Positions 20,072-30,676 of a DNA stretch of 64,000 nt are shown piece by piece. The position numbers and the translations under genes were made by a program. Under the pieces are notes generated by a model. That model ran no database searches, was not told the DNA's origin, and saw only the letters and a list, made by a program, of their open reading frames with translations. Source of the stretch: an uncultured bacterium (GTDB lineage Bacteria; Verrucomicrobiota; Verrucomicrobiia; Limisphaerales; UBA8199); contig CAVVMW010000001.1 in the NCBI GenBank assembly GCA_963749495.1, positions 96,001-160,000 of the forward strand, read 5' to 3'. Each line of letters begins with the position of its first letter. The first letter of the stretch is position 1.

Positions 20072-20344
20072 ATGCACATACGAAGACAACGCGCACCAAG
20101 ACAAGCCCCATTCCACGTTCCAGGACCTAACGGGGCAGAACTCACCGTGGAGTGGATCCCTGGGACGATCCCTAACACCCGCCTCGTCACGTTGACCTTC
20201 AAAAACGTTGGCCCTGTCCTCTTGACACAGTTATTCCAAAGACCGACAGGCAGGCGGAGATCGACGACACTCGATATGCAATACGAAGAAGATGCGCCCC
20301 GTGCGGAAAACCCACTGGCACCGGCGAGAAACCAGATCAAGTGA
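20072..20344 (+). CDS. Small hypothetical protein, probably leaderless
   Basis: TTGACC (20037), N17, CATAAT (20060), then ATG at 20072; 90-aa ORF; no recognised domain. Confidence 0.4.
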   Translation: MHIRRQRAPRQAPFHVPGPNGAELTVEWIPGTIPNTRLVTLTFKNVGPVLLTQLFQRPTGRRRSTTLDMQYEEDAPRAENPLAPARNQIK

Positions 20345-20397
20345 CCGAACCGTAATCATAAGCACAATCCCTGCTCTATAACACCTCTGCCCAAACT

Positions 20398-22525
20398 ATG
20401 GAAACACAAGCCTCCATCACGAGAACCACCTGGCCGAGGGCGATGGCCTCGTGCTCAAGAGCCGGCTGTGCCAGGAGGTTAGTGCTGTTATTGCTCCTCT
20501 TAACGCTCCCCACCGTGGCGCAAGCCCAATCTTACACGAACAATTACGGCATCTGGGGTTACGAGACCTTTAATGGTGCGATCATTCTCTTGGAATACAC
20601 CGGTCCTGGCGGTGCGGTGACCATCCCCGGCACGATCAACGGCCTGCCGGTCACCATTGTCGGAGACCAGGCGTTCTTTGGCTGCTTCAGCCTGACTAGC
20701 GTCAGCATCCCCAACGGCGTCACCAGAATCGGGGATTATGCGTTCGATGAATGCATCAATCTAACCAGCGTCATTTTCAAGGGTAATGCCCCCATCCTTG
20801 GCGGTCCAAATGTGTTCTATTGGGACTCGGCGACGATCTATTACGTTGCTGGGACCACGGGCTGGGGTCCGACGTTTGGCGGTCTTTCGACCTGTCTTTT
20901 GGACCCGCTGTCGCAAGCAGGATACACAACCAACAACGGCACGATCACGATCACGCGATACATGGGTTCCGGGGGTTTGGTGATCATCCCAGAGACCATC
21001 AATGGGCTGCCGGTCACGAGCATCGGGGACTATGCGTTCTTTGAGTGCTACGGCCTGACCAGTATCACAATCCCGGAGGGCGTTACCAGCATCGGAGATT
21101 CTGCGTTCTATGAAATCTTCAAGCCTGACCAACGTCACCATCTCTGACAGCGTCATGAGTATCGGACCCTGGGCGTTCTATAACTGCAGCGGCCTGACGA
21201 GCATCACGATCCCCAACAGCGTGACCAGCATAGGCACCAATGCGTTTTGTGGCTGCGTCAGCCTGGGTAATGTCACTATAGGCAATGGCGTCACTAACAT
21301 CGGAAGCGATGCGTTCTGGAGCTGCACCATGTTGACGAAGGTCATAATCCCCGACAGCGTTACCAGCATCGGAGAAGAGGCGTTCGAGTATTGCAGTAGC
21401 CTGACCAGCGTTACGCTCGGCAATGGCGTTGCCAGCATCGGAGAGTATGCGTTCTACGGCTGCTCCAGCCTCAACGGGGCCTATTTCCAGGGTAACGCCC
21501 CCAGTCCCGGCAATGACTTGTCTGTTTTTGGTGGTGACAGCAAGGCGAGTGTCTATTACCTGCCGTGGACTACGGGCTGGGGTTCGACATTCGAGGGCGT
21601 TCCGACCGCGCTGTGGAATGTTGAATCCTTCGGTGCCTTGCAAGTGTCGATTAGTCCTCCAACCGTTATCGGTGCAGGGGCGCAGTGGCAGGTGGATGGC
21701 GGGGCCTGGCAGAGCAGCGGTGCAACGCTCTCGGGCTTGACGGTCGGCAGCCATACGGTAGCTTTCTCGACCGTGGCTGGTTGGACGACGCCAGTTAGCC
21801 AAAAAGTCACGGTAAATGCCAATCAGACGGCTACAGCCACGGGGACCTACGTGGTAGTGGTAACTCCGGCAGCCGGGTTTATCTACACAACCAACAACGG
21901 CACGATCACCATCACGGAATACACAGGCCCCGGTGGTGCGGTGACCATTCCAGACGCGATCAATGGCCTGCCCGTCACCGGCATCCAGGCCTGGGCGTTT
22001 TATGACTGCACCAGCCTGGCCAACGTCACGATCCCCGACAGCGTTACCGCTATCGGAGAAGCTGCGTTCCAGATATGCACCAGCCTAACCAACGTCACGA
22101 TAGGCAACGGCCTCACCATGATCGGAAGCGGCGCGTTCCAGGGCTGCACCAGGCTGACGAGCGTGTCTTTCCAGGGTAACGCCCCCAACTATGCTCTGGA
22201 TGCGTTCGCCGGTGACAATTATGTAACCGTCTATTATTTGCCAGGCACCACGGGTTGGAATTTTAACTTTTCCAGTTATCCGACCGAACTGTGGCTCCCC
22301 CAGGTGCAGACCAGCAATGCCAATTTCGGCGTGAAGGCCAATCAATTCGGCTTCACCGTCAACTGGGCCAGTGGCATGAGCGTCGCGGCGGATGCCTGCA
22401 CCAATCTCGCCAATCCCACCTGGATTGCGCTGGCCACCAACACCCTCACCAGGGGCTCGTGCTATTTCAGCGATCCCGAGTGGACGAATTATGCCAGTCG
22501 TTTCTATCGCCTCAGGATGCCGTGA
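20398..22525 (+). CDS. BspA-family leucine-rich-repeat surface protein with C-terminal RFYR domain; frameshift near 21115
   Basis: Signal peptide; repeats CxxLTSITIPxxVTSIGxxAF; GAQWQVDGGAWQSSG beta domain; ORFs 20398-21147 and 21110-22525 join in register. Confidence 0.88.
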
Positions 22526-22686
22526 AGGTGAAGGGGTCTTGGTATAGTTAACTTGCCGTTCCTTCCTCCTCTGCCCTGCCAATACACTTGGCACGATCCG
22601 GGTGAGCGGGGTCAGACCGTAGGAAGGTTCGCCTTGGGCCGAGCCGCCAGGGCCTCGGGTCGAGGGCCTGGTCACCAGACTGCGGG

Positions 22687-23202
22687 TCATCGGCGATGGG
22701 TTGACCGTCCCGGCGATTCCTCGAGGAGGCGCGTGTGGGCGATGCCGCCCAGCCAGCCTCGGCGCGCCCAGCCGGCCGTGAGCTCGATGCCGAACTGGGG
22801 CCAGTCGGGCGGGATGGGCAAGGCGCATAGCTCCACCAGCGCAAAGCGCGCCTGCCGCATCTCCTCCTAGCGGGCCCGGACGAACCACGCGGGGGCCAGC
22901 CCGATGAAGACCAAGTTGTCGGCGACCTCCATGGCCTTCTGGAGGAACGCGCGGAACTGGGAAAAGGGCGGGTTGCCGACGGCCCAGTCCCAGCGCCCCT
23001 CTGCCTTGAGGAAGTCCCTCCCGTTTTGAATCTCGAACCAATCCGCGCCCTTGGGTAGCGCCCGGAGGAACGCGCCGTTGCCGGCGCTCGGCTCGACGAT
23101 CCGGCCGCAAGGCAGAAAGTGCTCAACGACCGCGCGGGCCAGGGCGTCGGGGGTTTGGATGCGGTCAAGGGCAGGGTCAGACCATAGCTTGGGATGGTGC
23201 AT
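22687..23202 (-). pseudogene. Small amino (N6-A/N4-C) DNA methyltransferase interrupted by an in-frame TAG at 22867-22869
   Basis: TPDALA, IVEPSAGNGAF (motif I), GNPPFS (motif IV); the frame continues after the TAG (EEMRQARFALVEL...WPQFG) to TGA at 22687. Confidence 0.7.
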
Positions 23203-23433
23203 AAACGCAGGCCCAGGCTCCACCGGGGGCGTCCTTCAAAAACCCGCGCAAGTGGCCGAGCCCTCACGCGCACGCGCAAGCAGCCCTGCGGGGGCCGGGT
23301 GCGGTCAGGCGCACTTCCGAACGCGAAGGCTCTGGTTGAGGGGCCCTTCAAGAAAGCTCGGCTCATGACGCGGTTCCGCGTCTCCTTGATTCTTCTTTGG
23401 GGCTTCAGATCGCAGCCCTCAGAGTTGAGTGGC

Positions 23434-23662
23434 GTTTTCGATCCTTCGTTTTCTTCGTTTCCTTCTGTTCCTTTCTTGCGTCCCGCCGACTGGGCAAAGG
23501 AAAACAGCAGAAGGAAACGAAGCAAACGAAGAGGCGGCCTGATGCGCGAGCAGGGATCGGGTCGGGGCCAGTCCGGATCTGGCGTTCCCGAAGACTTCCT
23601 CTGTGAGGATTCCTGTCTGCCGCCGGGGTGTCGAGCTATTGCAGCAGCATCCGGAAGAACTG
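23434..23662. repeat. About 225-bp imperfect direct repeat, copy 2
   Basis: See 18447-18670. Confidence 0.85.
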
Positions 23663-23887
23663 ATAAACCTGTGAACCATTGCCGTTCACCAGCGCGAACT
23701 TGAACTGGCCATTGCCCGCGAACGCATTGGTGCCCACCTCCACCCGGCCCTGGTAACTGAGCAAAGCCGGCACCTGGCCGCGCGCCTCGTGCAACCCCTG
23801 GCTCAAGACGCCAGCCACCCATAGACAACAGAGCAGCAGACGTTTCCGGATCAACGCAACTTGGCTCACCCTCCAAAGTATGTGCAA
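23636..23887 (-). pseudogene. Chimeric remnant: secreted-protein N-terminus fused to a QFFRMLLQ C-terminus
   Basis: Signal peptide plus QVPALLSYQGRVEVGTNAFAGNGQFKFALV, then the same last 8 residues as ORF 18644-19276. Confidence 0.6.
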
Positions 23888-24020
23888 GCCGGCCGCTTGT
23901 CTGTCGGACCCGGGTGTGATCTTTTCGTAGCACGCACGCGCGACCCCCTGTAGCGCGCTAGCGTGACAAGGCGGGGTCTGGGGGCGCCGTAATGCCTCAG
24001 GCGGGAGCGTGACGGGGCAG

Positions 24021-24168
24021 ACCCCTCACCCCAACCCTCTCCCCTTCGGAAGGGGAGAGGGAGAAGCGGCGGCAGTCTCTGAGAATTCCAGGCGTCTCCC
24101 CTTTCTCAAGACGCTGCCGAAAATCCTCCCTCTCCCCTTCGGAAGGGGAGAGGGCCGGGGTGAGGGGT
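24021..24168. repeat. CCCTCACCCCxxCCCTCTCCC palindromic repeat family (also 30473-30619 and 55409-55449)
   Basis: CCCTCTCCCCTTCGGAAGGGGAGAGGG hairpins inside CCCCTCACCCC...GGGGTGAGGGG. Confidence 0.8.
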
Positions 24169-24302
24169 CCCGCCGGGGACTCCGTCGCCGCCATCACTGA
24201 GCGGCCACGGTGCGCCCAAATATGCCCTTGGCAAACGCCGGGCATTCTGATAACGGAGAGACAATGCGAATGCCATGGCTATCGCGCTGCGAATGAAGTG
24301 AT

Positions 24303-25601
24303 ATGAAATCTCATTCTCCGGATCGTTTGAGCCGCCGGCGGTTTCTGGGGCGGGCGGCAGCGGTTGCCGCGATGCCGCTGGTTGTCCCGGCCTCGGCGCT
24401 GGGGCTCGATGGGGCCGTGGCCCCGAGCAATCGCATCGGCTTCGGCGCTATCGGCGTGGGCAACCGCGCCCGCGACACTCTGCCCAATTTCCTCTCGTTG
24501 CGCGAAATCCAGTTCCTGGCGGTGAGCGATTGCCGGCAAGACCGGCTCAAGTCCGGCAAGGTCCTGGTGGACAATCATTACGGCAACGCGGATTGCCGGG
24601 CCTGCCCCGATTTCCGGGAATTGCTGGCGCAAAAGGACATCAACGCCGTGTCCATTGCCACCGGCAACCGCTGGCACGGGCTGGGCTCGATCTACGCCGC
24701 CCGCGCCGGCAAAGACATTTATTGCGAAAAACCCGTCACGCTGACCATCGCAGAGGGGCGCGCGCTGGTCGAGACCTGCCGCCGCTTCGGCGCCATGTAC
24801 CAGGCCGGCACCCAGCGCCGCTCGACCGGCTCCTACCGTTTCGCGATGCAGATGGTCAAGCAGGGCCGGATCGGCCGCCTGCGCGCCGTCGAGATGCAGG
24901 TCTGGGCCGGCCCCGGAATCCCCCACGACCGCGAAACCGAGGTCCCTGCGGGTTGGAATTACGACATCTGGCTCGGCCAGGCCCCCTGGCGGCCCTTCGT
25001 CCCGGCGCGGGTCAACGCCTGGCAGTATTTCTGGGACACCGCCGAGGGGGTCCTCACGGACATGGGTTGCCATTACACCGATCAGATGCAATGGACCCTC
25101 GGAACAGACCACACCGGGCCGCTCCAGTTCGAGGCCCAGGCCCAATGGCCCGACCCCGCCAAGTGCTGCAGCGACACCCCTATCACCGCAGTCGCCCGCT
25201 GCAAATACGCCAATGGGGTGGAAGGCGTGATGTACCAACGCCGCGAGTTCAAAGACCGCTACATCCGCTACATCGGCAACGAGGGCTGGATCCAGGTGGA
25301 CGACGAGACCGACGCCGTGACCGCCGAACCGAAGTCCATCCTCGGTTTGCGCAGCGCCAGCGGGGCCGGCTGGGGAGACGCCTCGGACCACGTCCGCAAC
25401 CTCCTCAACTCGATCCGCAGCCGCACCCCCACCCTCTGCAACCCGGAGGTGGCCCATCGCGCCGCCACCATCTGCCAGGCCTGGAACATCAGCCTGCGCC
25501 TGGGTCGCAAACTCAACTGGGACCCCCTCCGCGAGCGCTTCGACCTCGACGCCGCCAATCGCATGCTCTACCGCGAACCCCGCGCCCCATGGCGGGCATG
25601 A
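24303..25601 (+). CDS. Tat-exported Gfo/Idh/MocA family oxidoreductase
   Basis: SRRRFLG twin-arginine signal; IGFGAIGVGNRA; DIYCEKP; DMGCHYTD. Confidence 0.93.
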   Translation: MKSHSPDRLSRRRFLGRAAAVAAMPLVVPASALGLDGAVAPSNRIGFGAIGVGNRARDTLPNFLSLREIQFLAVSDCRQDRLKSGKVLVDNHYGNADCRACPDFRELLAQKDINAVSIATGNRWHGLGSIYAARAGKDIYCEKPVTLTIAEGRALVETCRRFGAMYQAGTQRRSTGSYRFAMQMVKQGRIGRLRAVEMQVWAGPGIPHDRETEVPAGWNYDIWLGQAPWRPFVPARVNAWQYFWDTAEGVLTDMGCHYTDQMQWTLGTDHTGPLQFEAQAQWPDPAKCCSDTPITAVARCKYANGVEGVMYQRREFKDRYIRYIGNEGWIQVDDETDAVTAEPKSILGLRSASGAGWGDASDHVRNLLNSIRSRTPTLCNPEVAHRAATICQAWNISLRLGRKLNWDPLRERFDLDAANRMLYREPRAPWRA

Positions 25602-25738
25602 CGCCAATGCACCGCGAAGCACGAAATACCAAGGCAGAAAAATGGGGGCAGAAAAATGAACCTGATTTTTATCTTTCTGCCCCCATCTTTCTGCCTGCTT
25701 CGGGTTCCGGGTTTCCATCTTTTTGAACACGTTTACTC

Positions 25739-27751
25739 ATGATGACACGCTTCCTTGGGGTATTCTCCGTCCTCCTTGCCTTTGCTGGTCCGAGCGCTCT
25801 TGCCGCGCCAGCCGCCGGGGCGGGGGACATTGCCCGACTCGTGAACGAGGCCTCTGCTTACCGCACCGGGGAGAGTCTCGAGCCGTTCCGCGGCATCGAG
25901 GCCCTGGTGCGCCAGTCGCTCTCCAGTCCCGCCCTGCGCCCGCAAGTGGAGGCCGGCCTGGCGAAGATGCTCGACCCCGCCGCGTCGCTGGAGGCGCGCG
26001 GCTTTGCCTGCCGCCAACTGGGCATTATCGGCGGCGGCAGCGCCCTGCCGGCGCTGGCCAAACTCCTGGGCAGCGATGAAACCACCGGGATGGCGTGCCT
26101 GGCGCTGACCACCTACCCGCCAGGCAAGGCGGATGCTCTCTTGCGCAACGCGGTGGTTTCCGCCTCGGGAACCTCCCGCATCCAGATCATCACCACCCTG
26201 GGCGACCGCCGGGACTCCCGGTCTGTGGGCCTGCTCGTCAAATTCGCGCGCGACCGGGACCGGGCCTTGGCGGAAGCGGCGGCCGCGGCGCTGGGCAAGG
26301 TGGGCGACAATGCGGCGCGCAAGGCCATCCGCGCGTTGCGCCACGCGGCGGAGCCCACCCTGGCGCCGGCGCTCGACGAGGCCATGCTCCGGTGCGCCGA
26401 GCGGCTGGCAGCCGCGGGGGATTGGAAGCGCGCCACGGCTGCTTACGAGGAGTTGCTGGCCTCTTCGGCTGCGGCCTGCACGCGCCGGGGCGCGCTGGAT
26501 GCCCTGTTGCGCCTGGACCCGGACGGGCGCCGGCGGCGAATCCTGGACGTCTTGCACGGTATGGACTCGGACCTGAAGCCCGTGGCGATTGCCGCCGTCC
26601 GCACCGTGCCTCCAAGGGTCTCCTCGGAGCCATTCGCCGACGAGTTGCACAACCTGGCGCCGGCCGAGCAGGTTTGGATGATTGATAGCCTGGCGGAGCG
26701 GAGCGATGTCAACGCCCGCATCGCGATCAGCAAGAGCGTTTCCTCGACGAGCATGCCCGTCCGGCTGGCCGCCTATGCGGCCCTCGGGCGGATGGGCGCG
26801 GCCTGGGCCGTCCCGATGTTGACCCATGCCTTGAGCGTTTCCAAAGACCCCGCCGAATCCCGCGCGATCGAATCCGCCCTGGTGAACCTGCCCCCGGGCG
26901 CCAACGTCAACAAAGCGATCTCCAGCCATGTCAAACGGTGCAGCGGAAACGATCGAGCCTGCTTCATCTCCGTTTTGGCCCGGCGCGTTGGCCCGGGGGC
27001 GAACCCGACATTTTTGGTCGAGGCCCAGGGTTCGGACCCGGCGGCAGCCAAGGCCGCGTTCCGCGCCCTGGCCACCACGGCGACGGAGTCCGACGCGCCT
27101 GTGGTGTTGGACAGCCTGGTCGCCGCGCGCGAGAAGGATGTCCGCGAGGCGGCCGAACTCGCTGCGGGCCGGGTCCTGGCGAAGGTCCAGAATGTCTCGA
27201 CCCGTTCCGCCTTGGTCCGGGATGCTTTGGGCCGGGCCAAGCGCGTCGCAAGCCGGGTCTCGCTGTTGGGCCTGCTGCCCGGCTGCGCCGACGCCCCCGC
27301 CCTGGGCTGCGTCAAGACGGCCCTGACGGATGCTGAGCCGCGTCTCCGCGAGGCGGCCATCCGGGCCTTGGCCGACTGGCCGGAGGCTGCTGCCTGGGAT
27401 ACGCTGCTGGGCCTCTATACCCTGCCCCCGGATGAGGTGGTGCGGGCGATAGCGTTGCGGGGCCTGGTCCGCCTGACCGGCGAAGGCAATGGGCACCCGG
27501 ACGCCGAGCTGGCCGGGCGCTACCTGGTGTTGATCCGGGGCGCCCGCAGCGACGCCGAGTTGAAGCTGATTCTGGGCACCCTGGGCCAGGCGGCGCACCC
27601 GGAGACGCTGCGCCTGGCCACCGACCTGCTCAGCCGGCCCGGTGTCCGCGCCGAGGCCGAGGTTGCCGTCAGGAAAATTGCCGAAGCCATCAAGGGGCAG
27701 TTCCCGGAGGCCGCAGAGCAGGCCCTGCAGAAGATCCAGCCGGCAAAGTAG
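25739..27751 (+). CDS. Secreted HEAT-repeat protein
   Basis: Signal peptide; repeated AAAAALGKVG, VRLAAYAALGRMG and LREAAIRALADW units. Confidence 0.85.
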   Translation: MMTRFLGVFSVLLAFAGPSALAAPAAGAGDIARLVNEASAYRTGESLEPFRGIEALVRQSLSSPALRPQVEAGLAKMLDPAASLEARGFACRQLGIIGGGSALPALAKLLGSDETTGMACLALTTYPPGKADALLRNAVVSASGTSRIQIITTLGDRRDSRSVGLLVKFARDRDRALAEAAAAALGKVGDNAARKAIRALRHAAEPTLAPALDEAMLRCAERLAAAGDWKRATAAYEELLASSAAACTRRGALDALLRLDPDGRRRRILDVLHGMDSDLKPVAIAAVRTVPPRVSSEPFADELHNLAPAEQVWMIDSLAERSDVNARIAISKSVSSTSMPVRLAAYAALGRMGAAWAVPMLTHALSVSKDPAESRAIESALVNLPPGANVNKAISSHVKRCSGNDRACFISVLARRVGPGANPTFLVEAQGSDPAAAKAAFRALATTATESDAPVVLDSLVAAREKDVREAAELAAGRVLAKVQNVSTRSALVRDALGRAKRVASRVSLLGLLPGCADAPALGCVKTALTDAEPRLREAAIRALADWPEAAAWDTLLGLYTLPPDEVVRAIALRGLVRLTGEGNGHPDAELAGRYLVLIRGARSDAELKLILGTLGQAAHPETLRLATDLLSRPGVRAEAEVAVRKIAEAIKGQFPEAAEQALQKIQPAK

Positions 27752-27799
27752 CTGCAAAATGTCAAGTACCGCCGCCAATGTAATCTGGGTGGTCGCACG

Positions 27800-27987
27800 C
27801 TGTCCCGAAGGGACATCTGAGAATAGCCCAACGTTTCAACGTTGGGTTGAAGGCGCACGAAAACCAAGTCCCGAAAGGGACGGCTGAAACGGGGCGGCTT
27901 TTCGGCCGTCCCTTCGGGACTTGCTCACTCTGCGGGCCAAACCCAACGATAAATCGTTGGGCTATTGTCAGGCGTCCCTCCGGGAGG
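27800..27987. repeat. Nested palindromic REP-like element, same family as 1563-1760
   Basis: TGTCCCGAAGGGACA..AATAGCCCAACGTTTCAACGTTGGG..GTCCCTTCGGGAC..GGGCTATT. Confidence 0.75.
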
Positions 27988-28090
27988 GGAAAACCTGCCG
28001 TGCCGGAATTCTCGCGGCCAGGCTCAGCCTCCTGGAACTAGGGCCCTCTTCTGTGCAAGAACTCCTCTCACCCAACTTCGGGCCGGCGCC

Positions 28091-30150
28091 GTGTTGAACC
28101 TGGCCTCGCTCAATCCGCAGCAGCGGCAGGCCGTCGAGACCCTCCATGGCCCGGTCCTCATCCTGGCCGGGGCTGGCACGGGCAAGACGCGCGTCATCAC
28201 CTATCGCATCGCGAATCTGCTCGAGCGGGGCATTGCCCCGGGCCACATCCTGGGCGTCACGTTCACCAACAAGGCGGCCCGCGAGATGCAGGAGCGGGTC
28301 CGCAAGCTGGTTCCCAGCGCTCTGCGCACCGCAAAACCCGCCCCATCTCCAGGCGCGGCCCCCGACTCGCGCCTCACCCTCTGCACCTTCCACTCCCTCT
28401 GCGCGCGCATCCTGCGCCAGCACATCGAACGGCTCGGATACAAGCGCAATTTCGTCATCCTCGACGAGTCCGACTCCCTCGGCACGGTCCGGAAAATCCT
28501 GGCCCGGATTTCGGCCAAGGGAGAGAAGACCGACCCGGCGGCGGTGCTGGCCGTATTGAGCCGGTGCAAGAACGCCGGCGGGGGAGGCGCGGTTTTCGGC
28601 GACCCGAGTGTGCGCGCCATGGCCGAGCACATCCGCCCGCACTATGAATCGGCCTTGCGCGCCTGCAACGCGGTGGACTTCGATGACTTGATACTGCTGA
28701 CGCTGCGCCTGTTCGGCGAGCATCCCCAGGCGCTGGAGGCCTGCCGCGCCCGCTATCGCTATGTCATGGTGGACGAATTCCAGGACACCAACGCCGCCCA
28801 GTTCCAACTGGTCCACGCCCTGACCCGCGTCCATCGCAACCTTTGCGTGGTCGGCGACGACGACCAGAGCATCTACGGCTGGCGCGGCGCGCAAATCTCC
28901 AACCTGCTCGACATGGAGAAGCATTTCCCGGAGGTCAAGGTCATCCAGCTCGAACAGAATTACCGCTCCACCAACACGATCCTGACCGCCGCCAACGCCG
29001 TCATCCGGCACAACGTCCGCCGGCGCGCAAAACAGTTGTGGTCCCAGAAGGGCAACGGGCCGAGATCGTCCTCTGGACCTTTGCCACCGAAGAGGAGGAG
29101 GCCCGGACGCTCGTCGAGCAGATCGAATTCGCCCGCCGCGCCCGGCGCGTCCCCTGGCAGGACCAGGCCATCCTCTTCCGCACCAACGCGCAATCGCGTC
29201 CGCTGGAGACCGCCCTGCGCCTGGCCCGGGTCCGCTACCGCCTCATCGGCGGCCAGAGCTTCTTCGACCGCCGCGAGGTCCGCGATTTCCTTGCCTACCT
29301 CAAGACCTTCGTCAATCCGGAGGACGACATCAGCCTGTTGCGCATCGCCAATGTGCCGCCGCGCGGGCTGAGCGACCCGACCCTCGAGCGCCTCATCGCC
29401 GCCAGCCGGGAACGCAACTGCCCGATCTTTGCAGTTATGAAGAATCCCGCCGTCACCGCCGCGCTCCGGGCCGAGACGCGCCACAGCCTCGAGAGCTTCG
29501 TGCAGCTCATCGAGCAGACCCGCGCCCAGCTCCAGGCCCAGGCCCTCTCCCGCGACCCGCTCACCCTCAGCGCCTGGGCCCAACGCTTCCTTCAACGGAC
29601 CGGCTACCTCGACGAGTTGCGCCACTCCGAAAAAAACGTCGAGACGGCCGAAAACCGGGTTCGCTCCCTCAGCAGCCTGGTGGCAAGCCTCGACGGCCCC
29701 GACGCCGGCGCCCAGGCCCCGCTGGACCGGCTCCAGACCTTCCTGGAGGACATCACCCTGGACACCGAGCGCGAAGCCAGCGACGAACCGCCCGGCCAAG
29801 CGGTCACGCTCATCACGATGCACAGTTGCAAGGGGCTCGAATTCCCCCACGTCCACATCGTCGGGATGGAAGACGGCCTGCTGCCTCACGCCCGCTCGAA
29901 GGAGGAGGGCACGCTGGACGAAGAGCGGCGGCTCTTTTACGTGGCGATCACGCGCGCGATGCAAACGCTGGACCTCAGCCGCTGCGCCGCCCGCAACAAG
30001 CACGGCCGGCTCAAGCCCTGCCACCCCTCGCCCTTCCTTCAGGACCTGCCTCCCGAACTCATCGAGCACGCCGACGAAAAGGGCAAGAAACCCGTCACTG
30101 TCGAGGCCGGCAAGGGCCTGTTCGATACGGTGCGCTCCGCCATCGAGTGA
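28091..30150 (+). CDS. UvrD/PcrA/Rep superfamily 1 DNA helicase; frameshift near 29058
   Basis: LAGAGTGKT, TFTNKAAREM, VDEFQDTN, VGDDDQSIYGWRGA, LEQNYRS; second frame TMHSCKGLEF and EERRLFYVAITRA. Confidence 0.93.
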
Positions 30151-30171
30151 GGGTCAGGTGGTGAAACTCAT

Positions 30172-30346
30172 GAATGACAAGGGGTATTGGACCCGGCTGG
30201 AGGATTACTTGCAGCAGCACTCCAACGCCCAATTCAGCCACGGGTTGTGTCTGGATTGCCTGCGCAAACTCTATCCCGACATCGCCGCGACGGTCGAGGC
30301 CAATTTGGCGGCGCGCGCCCCCGGCACGACCGGCGCGGGCCGTTGA
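30172..30346 (+). pseudogene. Remnant of the Cys/His-rich C-terminal module of signalling proteins
   Basis: DKGYWTRLEDYLQQHSNAQFSHGLCLDC; the usual preceding CxxCKKIR is missing; the stop codon is supplied by the repeat at 30338. Confidence 0.55.
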
Positions 30347-30429
30347 CAAAGTCGTAGCGCAGGTTTGGAAACCTGCGCTACGCTGGCGCCCCTGGCGCAC
30401 AGGCGCGCCGAGCGGCTTTGTCAATGGCC
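30338..30429. repeat. Short inverted copy of the 14620-14817 element
   Basis: GGCCGTTGACAAAGT...CTTTGTCAATGGCC with shared CGCTGGCGCCCCTGGCGCACAGGC. Confidence 0.75.
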
Positions 30430-30676
30430 CCGCACAACCAGCGCGGCTCCGCCGCCCGCCGCGTAAGGCCTCCCCCTCACCCCGGCCCTCTCCCCATCGG
30501 ATGGGGAGAGGGTGAGTCCGCGGTGGCGCTTGGAGGACGGGCGGACCCCCGGAAGCTCCCGAGACTGCCGCCGCTTCTCCCTCTCCCCTTCGGAAGGGGA
30601 GAGGGCCGGGGTGAGGGGTCACCGACCGGTTACCCAGCCGCTTGACCGCAGGGGGAGCGGCTGCATAATGGCCGCG

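Noticed and set aside
22867..22869. Pyrrolysine or other recoding of the TAG
   Set aside because: There are no pyl genes in the window, and TAG is used as a normal stop by several genes here.
18447..23662. Diversity-generating retroelement TR/VR pair
   Set aside because: The differences include indels and non-adenine changes, the repeat is mostly non-coding, and no reverse transcriptase is present.
22548..23933. 461-aa minus-strand ORF
   Set aside because: It crosses a repeat and two remnants in other frames, and its Arg/Pro/Ser-rich composition looks non-coding.
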